A DNA stretch of 64,000 nucleotides from the human T2T-CHM13v2.0 reference genome, Homo sapiens: the NCBI RefSeq assembly GCF_009914755.1, contig NC_060938.1. One strand, given 5' to 3'. A program made the position numbers and the translations under genes. Within the stretch, counting starts at the first letter, position 1. Every line of letters begins with the position of its first letter. Positions 34,537 to 54,508 of this stretch are shown one piece after another. A model generated the notes under the pieces. It made no database searches. It was not told where the DNA came from and worked only from the letters and a program-made list of their open reading frames with translations.

Positions 34537-36029
34537 GCACACAGTTATAACAAATGTTTTACATTCTTTCATAAATTCAACATGTAGGTCATCCTGGGGC
34601 TGACAACTGTTGTCTTTTCTTGTATAAATTGTTGAGATTTTAGTAATTTTTATATGCTAATTTTCAGTTATATCCTGAGCACTTCGAATATTAAGTTATA
34701 AACTCTGAATCCTCTTAAAATTTTCCAGAGAATGCTGATATTTTTATTTATTTCAGCAGACAAGCAATCCAATTAGGTTCAAGGTACATATCCCTGCCCT
34801 CCTTCTGGGGTCCCAATGTTAGTTCAGTTTTAAAGTCTTTGCAGTGCTACCACATGTACACACACCAAAGGGGCAAATCTGAAACTTGGATGATTGTAGG
34901 TCAGTTCTCAAAGCGCCTGATATGCAGGCAGTTCCTGCACATGCAGCACAGAAGTGAGTCAACTATACCCTTATGAAGATGCCCTTCTTGAGCTCCGTAC
35001 CCCCTACAATTTTCCCCATAATTTCCAGCTCCCAGAGGTCCCTTTTCATTATACTGGAGCTAAGAGTCTAGGATGTTAGCCTCTGCATACTATCATATAC
35101 TTCCCACAACTGGGCCTGCCTCTGGACAAAAAGCATTTTTCCTATTTTTAAATTATTTGTCATAATATTGTTACACTGTAAGAGTTCTTAATATATTCTT
35201 GGTACAATTCTTTTCTCAACTGTATTTTTTTGCATATGTGTGTCTGCTTGTGGCCTACCTTTTAATTTTCTTAATGGTATATTTAAAAGAGCAAAAGATT
35301 TTAATTTTTTTAAGAAGTGTTTTATTTTGGACTAATTTGAGACTTATAAAAATGTTACGAAATAGTACAGTTTTCTTGTATCCCTCATCACACTTCATTA
35401 CAATATAAACATTTTACATAACCATATAGTAATCGGGAAGAAGAAGGAAATTAACATTAGTACAATATCATTACCTAAACTAAAAACCTTATTCAAAAAT
35501 TCACCATTTTTTCCACTAATGTCTCTTTTCTGTTCCAAGATCCTATCCAGGATCCCATGCTGCATTTTAACTGTTATTCCTCCTTAGCAACTTCCAGTCT
35601 CTATAAAACTTTCTTAGACTTTCCTTTCCTTTCATAACCTGGGAACTTTTGAAGAATACTAACCAGTTATTTTAGAAAATGTCTCCAAATTTGGATTTGT
35701 CATGGTTTCTCATGATTAAAGTGGGGTTATGCATTTTGGGTAAAAATACCACAAAAATTACATTTGTCCTTCTTTCCACATCGTATCAGAAGGTTTAGGG
35801 TGTCAATATTACTGATGATGTTTACCTCGATCCCTTGGTTAAACAGTACATGCCACTGTAAAGATACTACAAAGTTTTTCTTTGTAGTCACTAAGTATGC
35901 TAGGGGAGATACTGTGAGACTATGCAAATCCTATTTCTCTCCTCAAACTTTCACCCACTAATTTTAGCAACTATTGGCGGATTCTGTCAGTAACATTTAC
36001 TACTAAAATATTTCCGTAATGTGATTGTC

Positions 36030-36323
<294 letters not shown>

Positions 36324-36748
36324 TATAATGTGATTCTCTTTTTTCTCTCTTTTCTTCAACATTTATTAATTAGAATTCTACTACAAGGAAGTTATCTTTT
36401 CTATTTATTTATTTAACCCATCTATTTATATCAGCTTGAACTCATGAATATTTTATTTCAAAAGTTAGCAAACTTTTTCTGGAAAGGGCTAGAGAGTAAA
36501 TGTTTTACGCTCTGTGGGCCATACAGTTTCTGTCACAACTACTCAACTGGGTTATTATAACACTAAATCAGCCATAGATAATATGTAAACCATGCATTCC
36601 CATTGGGAGCAATATCATCTCCGAAGGGGCAAAAATTAGTTCTTAAATGCATAGAGGTCTGATTGCATAAAGCACAGAAATACATTCAATATAGGAACTG
36701 ATATATAGCATATCTGAGCTATTAAAATTTTGTAGTGGGTGAGGGCAT

Positions 36749-37130
36749 TGATATAGTTGGATCTGTGTCCCCAACCAAATCTCATGTTGAAATGTAATCC
36801 CCAATGCTGGAGGTGGAGCCTGATAGGAGATAACTGGATCATGGGGTAGCTTCTCATGAATGGTTTACACCTTCCTCTGGGTGCTGTTCTCATGATAGTG
36901 AGTTCTCATGAGATCTCCCCACCTCGCTTCCTTCTACTCTAGCCATGTGAAGTGCCTTGCCTCCCCTTTGCCTTCTGCCATGACTGGAAGCTTCCTGAGC
37001 CTCCCCAGAAGCAGAAACTGCTATGCTTCCTATACAACCTACAGAACTGTGAGCCAGCTAAACCTCTTTTCTTTATAAATTATCCAGTCTCAGGTATTTC
37101 TTTATAGCAGTGTGAGAATGGACTAATACA
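36749..37130 (+). mobile_element. MST (MaLR) solo LTR
   Basis: tgatatagttggatctgtgtcccc...ggactaataca; TSD ggcat / ggtgt. Confidence 0.85.
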
Positions 37131-38739
37131 GGTGTTTAGAGAAAAGACAATATCTAAAAGGGCTCCTTAGGGGGCAGTAATAGAAATGCACTTGTAAAAT
37201 ACTGAGGTAACAAATAGTCATATCTGAATTCAATTAAAACCTTATTTACAAAAAATAGGTGACACGCCAGATTGTCTCAACTAGGAAATATAGTTATGTA
37301 TACTAACCCATGCATACATTCTATAGTCTGTATACATAGATACATTCTGTATCTAAGTATTTGAAAATCATGAATTCGTATCAACACTTCAGATTCTAAT
37401 CCGAAACCACAGGGCTCATTTAAGACTTCTCCCTTTATTTATAACTTCTTACTCCAAGAGTGAGAAACTAGGCTCTCATAATCTATGGTCTATTTACTTT
37501 AGTAGACACAAAGACAGTTCAGAATTGGTAGCCCTGTGGAGGACAATTTTACTAACTAGATTACAGCATTATGTGCAGTTTTTTTTTTTTTTTGGTCTTT
37601 ATCCTTACAGTTAAGATACTGTTAAGACACTGTTTTTCAGTCATTTAGGTTCATTGTTCGCAACAAAGCTCAGCAGCAGAGGAGAGGAAAGAGCGCTTGT
37701 GAAACGGCCGCTGAAATTTGTTTCTTTTTCTCTTTTTACTTACAGTCATTTTGCAGTTTTGGTATTCTCTGTTTAAGTAATGCTGGGGCTATGGTTTGCA
37801 CAGAAAGTCTGGAGAAGAGATTTTGGGAGGTTACTTACTACATACCTGCCATTGTCTTCACTTACCTGGAGGTCTGATAAGTTATTTTAATGAGGTTCAA
37901 TTTATAATTTTACTTTTTATAATTCATGCTTTTTGTGTTCTATTTCCTATGCTTTTTCTAGAAATTTTATAGTTTTACCTCTCACCTTTTAAATTTTATA
38001 TATGGTGAGGTATATGCTGGGGTTCATTTTTTCCTCATAATAGATATTCAGTTGTTTTTCACATCATTTGTTGACAAGAGACCATTCAGTACAGAGAAAA
38101 AATGCTGATGTAGGTTAAGATAAGAACGTTTCTGAAACAGGGAAAAAAGAGTGGGATCCAGTACACAAGCAGCAGGATTAATATTGGATAGGAGCTGAAT
38201 GTATTGCTTTTGGACAGTTGGAATCTGAAGATTCTCTTCCGATTGGTCCAATTTTCTTAATGAGAATGAAAGCATGAGTGTTGTTCAGGTATCCTTCAGG
38301 TTAACTTAATATCTTACAGTTAAGTTTCATCCACATAATGCCTAGTATATTGCTGAACATATAGTAAAAACTCAACATTTATGGATTAATTTGGGAGACA
38401 AATGACAGATGTAATCATCTGAGGGTATATTCCCATTCTAAAACATTTAACAAGATTATTACCCATCCATATTGTGACACTATCATCTGAAATATATGGA
38501 AAGAACAGATTTTTTTAAAGTTCTTCTTCCTATTAATATTGCTGAGTAATGGAAATTAATTAGATATAAGCACTGTCATCAAATCCCACAATTACATATT
38601 AAGTTGCTTTAAGTATTTAATCTCTAAATTTATCATAACTATAAGGAAATAACATGTTAAACAAACATAAAGTGAGCTATCATCTTCCTCATAAATCTCC
38701 ATTCTTACATGCAAATATATCAATGTTCCTTTACATTTA

Positions 38740-40680
<1,941 letters not shown>

Positions 40681-41171
40681 GTGTTACAAGGTAGGCACTA
40701 TGTTTTACTTGATCTTTTAACAATCCAGTTTACCTTTAAATTCAGCCAAACCCACTGCAGCTACTCCACGAGTCTGCTGAAATCATCACCTGAGGCACTG
40801 GGTCATAGTACACCTCACTTGATATCATACAGGATGCACATAATTATGACCTTCCAGGTTCCCTGTGAGTGAGCATTTTTCTGGACTGATAATGCAGGAT
40901 ATCTGTCTTTCGGTGTTTTCAGCTCATGATGACACTGAACAGATCCACCAATAGAAAACAAAAACTTTGCTTGGTAATAAATCTCCAAACAGGGAATATC
41001 CAGCGTGGGAGGGCCTTAGGCAAGAAGCCCAAAGTATTTAAGGAGGTCCCAGTACTTACCCACATTGTCATATAACGCATAATAGTAAATGAGTGGATTT
41101 GGCTAGGTCCTGAGGTTTTTTTCAGGTTGACTCCTAGGCCAGCACCTGAACATGGATTACTATTAAATCCA

Positions 41172-41912
41172 GAGCAGTGGTTTTCAACCCTGCCTGCATA
41201 TTACAATCATTTGGGAAGCTTAAAAATTAAAAACAGAAACAAACAACAAACGATACCTGGACCCCAACCTAAACAAATTAAATCACAATTTCTTTGGGTA
41301 AGGCTTGGCCATTGGTGGTTTTATTTTGTTTGTTTTCTTTTAACTTTCTATTAAGCAGCCAGGGTTGAGAATCAGGAATCTGGAGCAGTGTTCTCAAACT
41401 TTAGATTATATTAACATCACCTGGAGGTGATAAAAAACTTATTACTGGGGCCGGGCATAGTGGCTCATGCCTGTGATCCTAGCATTTTGGGAGGCCAAGG
41501 CAGGCAGATCACCAGAGGTCAGGAGTTCAAGACCAGCCTGGCCAACATGGTAAAACCCCACCTCTACTAAAAATACAAAAATTAGCTTGGTGTGGTGGCA
41601 GGTGCCTGTAGTCCCAGCTACTTGAGAGGCTGAGGCAAGATAATCGCTCGAACCCGGAGGCAAAGGTTGCAGAGAGCCGAGTTCATGCCACTGCACTCCA
41701 GCCTGGGTGACGAGAGCGAGACTCTGTCTCAAAAAAGCAAAAAACAGAAAACAAAAAACAAAAAACAAAACCACACAACTGATTACTGGGCTCTACACTT
41801 AGAGTTTCTAATTTGGTAGATCTGGAATGAGCCCAGATAATTCGTATTTTTTAGTAACTTTCCAGGTGATGCCGTTGCTAGTCTGAAGACCACACTTTTC
41901 AGAAGCAACGAT
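41172..41912. mobile_element. Two MER5-like elements; the second is split by an AluS (41449-41770, +)
   Basis: cagtggttttcaac...ggttgagaatc and cagtgttctcaaac; Alu TSD attactgg. Confidence 0.7.
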
Positions 41913-44210
41913 CCAGGGCTGCCAGCTATGTGTCATTTTTTTAATAACCAAGTAAAGCAGAAACTGCTGGAACAAATCTGTTTTTAAGAAATGTTATGAA
42001 TACATAATAGTTATACATTGGAACGAATCTTGAAAGAGGCTAGTTTTGTGTACCAATAATGACATGACTCATTTTCTCATCTTCTTCCTGCTCTTCCTTT
42101 TCCCCTGGGCATACACAGTCTTTTGGGGAGTCTTATGATTACAATATAATTATAGCAAAACTTCGCTAAGGTGAAGCAGTCCTCATCTTATTGGACACAG
42201 CTGATAATTCCTTTCTCCCTGAAATACTCTCTTCACTTGACTTCCATGATCTTATACTCTTGGTTTTTCTCGTGTTTCTCTGGCCACATTTTTGTCAGTT
42301 CTTCATCTCCCCTACATTAAAATGTTGGAGTGCCACAGGAATCCATTTATTAGATCCTTTATCTAAACTCACTCCTTCAGTGGTCTCATCTAGGTTCATG
42401 GCTTTAAATACTGTCTATATGCTGATAACATTCAAATCTATACCAGCTCAGATTGCTTCCCTGAATTATAGACATGTATGTTCAACAGCCTAATTTAAAA
42501 CCCCACTTGGTTGTCTATCAGATAATCTCAAATAGAACACTTCTAAAACAGAGTTGCTTGGTCAAAGTCATGAGGCCCCTGTTTCAGGCCCTAGCTACCA
42601 GACGACATTTTTATTCCCTGGGACAGAAGGGAAACTGCTGCCTTGAAGGGAAGGACCTACTCCTGGCAGCATTCACCACCTGCTAACTGAATAGCCCTTG
42701 GGCCCTGAATAACCAGTAGCAATACCCGGGTACTATGTCAAGGGCCTTAAGTGAGCCTCTGAGGCTTGCTGGCTTCAGGTAGGATACAGCACATTATCAA
42801 CTGTGGTGGCCATGGGGCGAAACTCCTTTTGCTTGAGAAAAGCGGAGTGAAAAGTAAATACTTTGTCTTGTACCTTAGGTACCAGCATGGCCATAGGGGT
42901 GGGTAGATCACCAAGTGGGATCTTTGGGTCCCCAATTCCAGAACCTGACTCTTAGATGGCATTTCTGGACCTGCCCTGGGGCAGAAGGGAGCCCATTGCC
43001 CTGAAAAGTGAGTCCCAGACCAGGCAGCATTCACCACAAGCTGACTTATGAGCCCTTGGGCCTTAAGGGAACATTGGCAGTAGTCTGGTAGTGCTCTCCA
43101 TGGCCTGTGGTGGCAGGCAGTGGCTGTAGGGAGAGGCTCCTCTGTCTTTAGAGAGAAGAGTGGGAAGGACTGCGCCTTGTGGTTTGAGTGCCAGCACATC
43201 CACAGTACAACAGAACACCAGGTAGACTTCTAAGGTTTTTGACTCTAGTCCCTGACTCATGGATGGTACCTCTGGACCCACCCAAGCCTGGGGGAACTCA
43301 CAGCGCTGAAGGGAAGCACACTGGCCTGGCCGGCTTTACCACCTGAGTGTAGAACCCCAGGGCCTTGAGCAAACATAGGCAGTAACCAGGGACTGATTAC
43401 AGCAAGCCTTGGGCAAGACAAAGTGCTGTGCTGTCTTCAGGTCTGACCCAGCACCATCATAGTGGTGGTGGCCACAGGGTGATTATGTCATTCACCCCCA
43501 GCTTTAGGTGGCTCAGAAGAGAGAGAGAGAGAGAGACTCCATTTGTTTGGGAGAAAGTAAGAGAAATGAGTAAGAGTGTGCCTGCCTGGTAATCCAGAGA
43601 ATTCTCCGGGATCTTGTCTAAGACCATCAAGGTGGCACCTCTATGAGTCTGCAACAATTACAGCATTACTGGGCTTGGGGTGCCCCCTAAAGCAGATACA
43701 GCTTAGATCACAACACCCAAGTTCTTTCAGATATCTTGGAAAGGCTTTCCCTAGGACAGGTACAAACAAGCTCAGATAGTGAAGACAACAATACCTAACT
43801 CTTCAATGCCCAGACACCAAAGAATATCTACTAGCATCAACACCATCCAAGAAAACATGACCTAACCAAAGAATTAAATAAGCTACCAGGGACCAATCCT
43901 GGAGGAACAGAGAGATGTGGCCTTTCAGAAAGAGACTTCAAAATATAGCTGTGTTGAAGAAACTCAAAGAAATTGAAGATAACACAGAGAAGGAAATCAC
44001 AATTCTGTCAGATAAATTTAACAGAGACTGAAATAATTTACAAGAACCAAACAGAAATCCTGGAGCTGAAAAAATACAATTGACATACTGAAGAATGCAT
44101 CCAAGTCCTTTAATAGCAGAATTGATCAAGCAGAAGAAAGAATTAGTGAGTCTGAAGACAGGTTATTTTAATCAGAGAAGACAAAAGAAAAAATAAAAAA
44201 CAATGAAGTG

Positions 44211-44500
44211 GGTCGGGCATGGTGGCTCACACCTGTAATCCCAGCACTTTGGGAGGTCGAAGCAGGTGAACTGCTTGAGCCCAGTAGTTCAAGACCAACG
44301 TGCGTAACATGGCAAAACCCTGTCTCTACCAAAAAAAAAAAAAATTAGCTGGGCATAGTGGCACATGACTGTAGTCCCAGCTACTCAGAAGGCTAAGGTG
44401 AGAGGCTCACTTAAGTCTGGGAGTCAGAGGTTGCAGTGAGCTGAGATTATACTGCTGCACTCCAGCATGGGTGACAGAGCAAGACCCCGTCTCAAAAATG
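44211..44500 (+). mobile_element. Alu (J/S) in L1 ORF1
   Basis: TSD aaaacaatgaagt. Confidence 0.9.
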
Positions 44501-45307
44501 AAAAAACAGAAACAACAACCAAAACAATGAAGTACCCCTATAAGATCTAGAAAATAGTCTCAAAAGGGCAAATAAAGGAGTTACTGGCCTTAAAGAGGAG
44601 CTAGATAAAGAGACAGGAGTAGAAAGGTTATTCAAAGTGATAACAACAGAAAAAGATATCCCCAAACCTAGAGAAAGATATCAGTATCCAAGTACAAGAA
44701 GGATATAGAACACCAAGCAGATTTAACCCAAAAAAGACTACTTCAAGGCATTTAATAGTCGAACTCCCAAAGATCAAGGATAAAGAAAGGGTCCTAAAAG
44801 AAGCAAGAGAAAAGAAACAACACACAACGGAGCTCCAATACATCTGGCAGAAGACTTTACAGTGGAAACCTTACAAGCCTGGAGACAGTGGCATAACATA
44901 TTTAAAGTTCTGAAGTAAAAAAAAATTTACCCTAGAATAGTATATCCAGTGAAATTATCCCTCAACATGAAGGAGAAACAAAGACTTTCCCAAACAAAAG
45001 CTGAGGGATTTCAACACCAGACCTGTCCTACAAGAAATGCTAAAGGAAGCACTTCAATCAGAAAGAAAAGGACATTAATGAGCAATAAGTAATCCCAAGT
45101 GGGTTTTGAAGGTACAAAACTCACTGGTAATAGTAAGTACACAGAAAAACACAGAATATTATAACACTGCAACTGTGGTATGTAAACTACTCTTATACTA
45201 AGTAGAAAGACTAAATGAACCAATAAAAATAATAACTACAACAACTTTTTAAGACATACGCAGTACAATAAGATAGAAATAACAAAAAGTTAAAAAGCAG
45301 GAGGATG

Positions 45308-45593
45308 GGCCGGGCACAGTGGCTCATGCCTGTAATCCCGGCACTTTGGGAGCTGAGGCAGGCAGATTGCTTGAGCCCAGGAGCTCAAGACCAGCCTGGG
45401 CAACATGGCAAAATCCATCTCTACAAAAACTACAAAAATTAGCTGGACATGGTGGCACACACCTGTAGTCCCAGCTACTCAGGAGGCTGAGGTAGGAGGG
45501 TCACCTGAGCCTGGGAAGTCAAGGCTGCAGTGAGTCAAGACTGTGCCACTCTACTCCTGCCTGGGCAAAAGAGTGACATCCTGTCTCAAAAAA
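45308..45593 (+). mobile_element. AluJ
   Basis: Diverged dimer. Confidence 0.9.
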
Positions 45594-46111
45594 TACAGCA
45601 AATTTTTAAAAATGAGGGGACCAAGTTAGGGCATAGAGTTTTTGTTTTCTCTTTGTTTATACAAACAGTGTTAAGTTGTTATCAGCTTAAAATAATGGAT
45701 GATAGTATTTGCAAGTCTCATGGTAACCTCAAACCAAAAGACATAAAATGGATACACAAAAAATAAAAAGCAGAAAACTAAATCATATCACCAGAGAACA
45801 TCACCTTAACTAAAATAAGACCTGAACGAAAGAAGGAAAAAAAAGACAATGAAACAACAAGAAAACAAATAACAAAACAGCAAGAGAAAGTTCTTACTTA
45901 TCAATAACAATAAAGATTTGTTTAATATTGTATGGATTCCTGCAAGTTTGGGGCTCTCTTCAGGTACACAAGAGTTAAAAACTTCAATTTTGAGTGTACG
46001 ACTTTTCTCAGAAGCCACTGTGGTTTGCCCTGTTAAGTATATATTATATTGACAATTCTGTTATTTTCTGTTTCTGGACATAGAACTGTGGAAGGTTAAG
46101 AAGTGGTAAGT

Positions 46112-46846
<735 letters not shown>

Positions 46847-47514
46847 AAGCCTTCTTCTAATATCTTTTTTCCTGAAGCCATAAAGAAAAAGCGAAACTAT
46901 GAGTATCATATCAGAAGTTTAAATATAGCACAGAAATATAGATTTACTCAACAGAAAGGGAACTGAACCAGATCCTGCCTTCTGCCACTGATAAGTTATG
47001 AGACCTATGGCTAATTACTTAATGTCCAATAGTATCAACAGTTTATATAATAAAGGCTAACAAGGGATAATGGCACGTCTTTCATTTACATCATCCCCAA
47101 GAAAATGAGTTGGTTCTCTGTCATCTTTAGAAGGTGACCAATTACCTTGAACTTGAATTTACTGCAATTCTTACCCTAATTAAAAAGCTCAAATTGTCCC
47201 ATGTAGAAGTCACTTCATATTGCCTCCTTGGAACTTTGTTTGTCACCCTACTAGTCTTTTATATATCCTCTGCTCTCTGATGTCAAGATATTCTAGGCGC
47301 AAACCAGGATCAGCTGTTTCTCCATTAATCCTTAGTTTTTATCTTGAGGAATGAATTTTAAGACCAGAGTCTGGGACTTGCTATCTATACTGGCTTTGTC
47401 ACAGTTTTGTAAACTTTCAGTGGATAGAACTAGGTTAAAAAATGCATATATGATACATTGTGAGTTCATATGGACATTTCCAATTCAAATCCAGAACTAC
47501 AAAATTTTTACTTC

Positions 47515-48940
<1,426 letters not shown>

Positions 48941-49155
48941 TTACATCTGATTTTTTTTCTTCCATCCTGAGAATTTTGGTTCTCAAATGTAATAGATTTA
49001 TAAATCAGAATGTCCCCAAATTACTGATTTGTTTTATCCCACCTTGCACACACCACAGACTCAGAATAACAATACCAATGATACTACCACTAATTATAAT
49101 TACTAAAAATAGTCACTTCTTTTGTATATCCTTATCCCCTCTTTGCATTTCTTAT

Positions 49156-50925
<1,770 letters not shown>

Positions 50926-53900
50926 TAAATGTAAAGGACTAAAATCTCCAATCAAAAGAAATAGAGTAGGTGAATGGATGAACAGATCAATGGAAGATCC
51001 AATGGAACAGATCAATGGAGCTTCCACTGATCCAAGAAACACACTTCACCTATAAATACACACACGGACTGAAAATAAAAGGATGGAAAAAGATATTCCA
51101 TGCCAATAGAAACCAAAAAAGAGCAGGAGTAGCTATATTTATACCAGAAAAAGTAGATTTGAAGTAAAAAAACAAGTGACAAAGTCACCGTATAATGACA
51201 AAGGGGTCAATTCAGCAAGAAGATATAACAATTTTAAATATATACGCACCCAACACTAGAGCACTTAGATATATAAAGCAAGTATTATTAGAGCTAGAGA
51301 GAGAGACAGGCCCCAATATAATAGCTGGAGATTTCAACAACCCATTTGCAGCACTGGACAGATATTCCAGACAGAAAATCAACACAGAAACATCTGACTT
51401 AATGTGCACTATAGACCAAATGGATCTAATAGATATTTGCAGAATATTTCATCCAATGGCTACAGAATGCACATTTTTTTCCTCAGCACATGGATTATTC
51501 TCAAGGATAGACTGTGTGTTGGGTCATAAGACAAGTCTTAAAATGTTGAAAAACATTGAAATAATATCAAGCATCTTCTCTGACCACAATGGAATAAAAC
51601 TAGAAATTAATAACAAGAGGAATACAAATACGTGGAAATTAAACAATATGCTCATGAATGACCAGTGGGTCCATGAAGAAATTAAAAAGGAAACTGAAAA
51701 ATTTCTTGAAACAAATGTAAGTGGAAACAACATAACAAAACCTATGGGATACTGCAAAAGCAATACTCAAAGGGAAGTTTAAAGTTGTAAGTGCCTACAT
51801 CAAAAAAAAGGAAAAACTTCAAATAAACAATCTAATGATACATCTTAAAGAACTAGAAAAGCAAGAGCAAACCAAATCCAAAATTAGTAGAAAGAAATAA
51901 GATCAGGGCAGAAATAAATGACATTGACATTTTAAAAAACCAATACAAAATTTCAAGGAAACAAAAAGTTGTTTTTTTTTAAAAAGTTAAACAAGATTGA
52001 CAAACCTTTAGCCACATTAAGAAAAAAAAAACAAGATACAAATAAAATTGGAAATGAAAAAGGAGACATTACAACTGATACTGCAGAAATTCAAAGGATC
52101 ATTAGTGGCTTCTATGACCAACTCTATGCCACTAAATTTGAAAATCTAAAAGAAATGAACAAATTCCTAGACATATACAACCTACCAAGATTGAACCAGG
52201 AAGAAATCCAAAACATGAACAGACCAATAACAAATAACAAGATCAAAGCCATAATAAAAATTCCAAATCAAAACTACAATGAGATACCATCTCACCCCAG
52301 TTAAAATGACTTATATCCAAAAGACAGGCAGTAACAAATGCTGGAAAGGATGTGGAGAATGTAAATTTGTACAACCACTATGGAGAACAGTTTGGAGGTT
52401 CCTCAAAAAACTAAAAATAGTGCTACCATATGATCCAGCAATCCTACTGCAGGGCATATACCCAAAAGAAAGGAAATCAGGATATCAAGGAGATATCTAC
52501 ACTCCAATGTTTGTTGCAGCACTGTTCACAATAGCTAAGATTCGGAAGCAACCTAAGAGTCTATCAACAGATGAATGGATAAAGAAAACGTGGTATATAT
52601 ACACAATGGAGTACTAGTCAGCCATAAAAAAACGAGATCCTGTCATTTGCAACATCATGGATGGGACTGGAGATTGTTAAGTGAAATAAGCCAGGCAAAG
52701 AAAGACAAACATCGCATGTTCCCACTTATTTGTGGGATCTAAAAATCAAAACAACTGAACTAATGGACATAGAGTAGAAGGATGGTTACCAGAAGCTGGA
52801 AAGGGTCGTGGAGGACTCAGGGGGAAGTGGGGATGGTTAATGGGTACAAAAAAAGAGTTAGAATGAATAAGACCATTTGATGGCACAACAGGGTGACTAT
52901 AGTCAGTAATAATTTAATTGTACATTTTAGAATAACTAAAAGGTTGCAACTGGATTCTTTGTAATACAAAGGATAAAGCCTTGAGGGGAAGGATACCCAA
53001 TTCTTGATGTGATTATTTCACACTGCTTGCCTGTATCAAAACATCTCATGTACCCCATAAATAGATAAACTCACTCTGTAACCACAAAAATTTAAAATAA
53101 ATTTAGTAAAATAAAACAGAGCTGTTGATCTTTCCTTCTGTCCAAAATATAAAACTTGCTCTTCCAACACTGTTTCCCAATTCAGTAGCCAGCAACTCCA
53201 TTCTTCCAATTGTTCTGACCAAAAATTCTGTGATCATCACTGACCTTTCTTTTCTCTCACAATTTATATGTGATCCATTAGTAAATCATGCTACCTCTAT
53301 CTTCAAAATACATAAAAATTTGCTCTTTTGTCACTACTTTCACTGTTACCACCCCAGTCCAAGCCACCAATACTTCCTGACTGGATTACTGCAACAGTCT
53401 CCTAAGTGGTCTCCCTGCTTCCATCCTGCCCCTGCCTCTCTTCAGTCTGTTCTCAACATAGGAGCCAGAGTGACTTTGTTAAACCGTAAGTCAAATTATG
53501 TCACTATTTTGATTAAATAGTTCCAATAACTTCCATTCTCAGATGGGAAAGTGAAAATCCTCTCAATAGCCTATAAAATCTGCCCCCACCACCATAGCTC
53601 ATCAGACCTCATTTCTTACTACTTTCCTTCAAGTTCACTCTGCTCCAGCCACACTAACATTCTTACTATTCCTCAAAAATACTGGCATTCTGCTTCAGGG
53701 CATTTGCATTTGATAGTCCCTTTACTTAACATGTCCTTTCCACACAGCACATTACCTCACCTCCTAGTCTCTACTTAAGTGTCACCTTTACAGTGAGGTC
53801 TTCCTGGCCACCCTATCTAAATACCTATCTAAACTCTTCCCAATAGTTTCTATCGCATTTTCTCACCTTCTTTTCCTTAGCTCTTACAAACTATACATAT

Positions 53901-54157
53901 ATACATGCATATATAAAAATTTACACACATATATAAAATTTACCTTCTTTATTCTGTGTCTCCCCACCCAGTAGATAAAAGCTCCATAAGGGTGGGCAAT
54001 TTTATCTGTTTGGTTCACTGCCATATCTCTAGTGATAAGAATAGTCTTTGGCAAATAATAGGTGTTCAGTAAATATTTGCTGAAAGAACAAGTAAACCAA
54101 GAAATAGATATGTCCTAAATGCCACTTAAGAAAGGGTCTTAAGAAGGTGTAACCAAC

Positions 54158-54508
54158 TGATAAGGTTTGGCTCTGTGTCCCCACCCAAATCTCATCTCGA
54201 ATTGTACTCCCATAATTCCCATGTGTTGTGGGAGGGACCCAGTGGGAGATAATTTGAATCATGGGGGCAGTTTCCCCCACACTGTTCTCATGGTAGTAAG
54301 TCTCACGAGATCTGATGGTTTCATCAGGGGTTTCGGCTTTTGCATCTTCCTCATTTTCTCGTGCTGCCGCCATGTAAGAACTGCCTTTCACTTCCCACCA
54401 TGATTCTGAGGCCTCCCCAGCCATGTGGAACTGTCAATCCAATTAAACCTCTTTTTCCTCCCAGTCTCAGGTATCTCTTTATCAGCAGCATGAAAACGGA
54501 CTAATGAA
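54158..54508 (+). mobile_element. THE1A-like solo LTR
   Basis: Perfect 5-bp TSD ccaac (54153-54157 / 54509-54513). Confidence 0.9.

Noticed and set aside
40910-40960. Possible C/D-box snoRNA (ATGATGA ... CTGA)
   Set aside because: The boxes are too close together, it is on the strand opposite the host gene, and there is no convincing terminal stem.
51195-52617. ORFs of 195, 111 and 112 aa as a functional endonuclease or RT
   Set aside because: They are fragments of a decayed L1 ORF2 with frameshifts and the RT region deleted.
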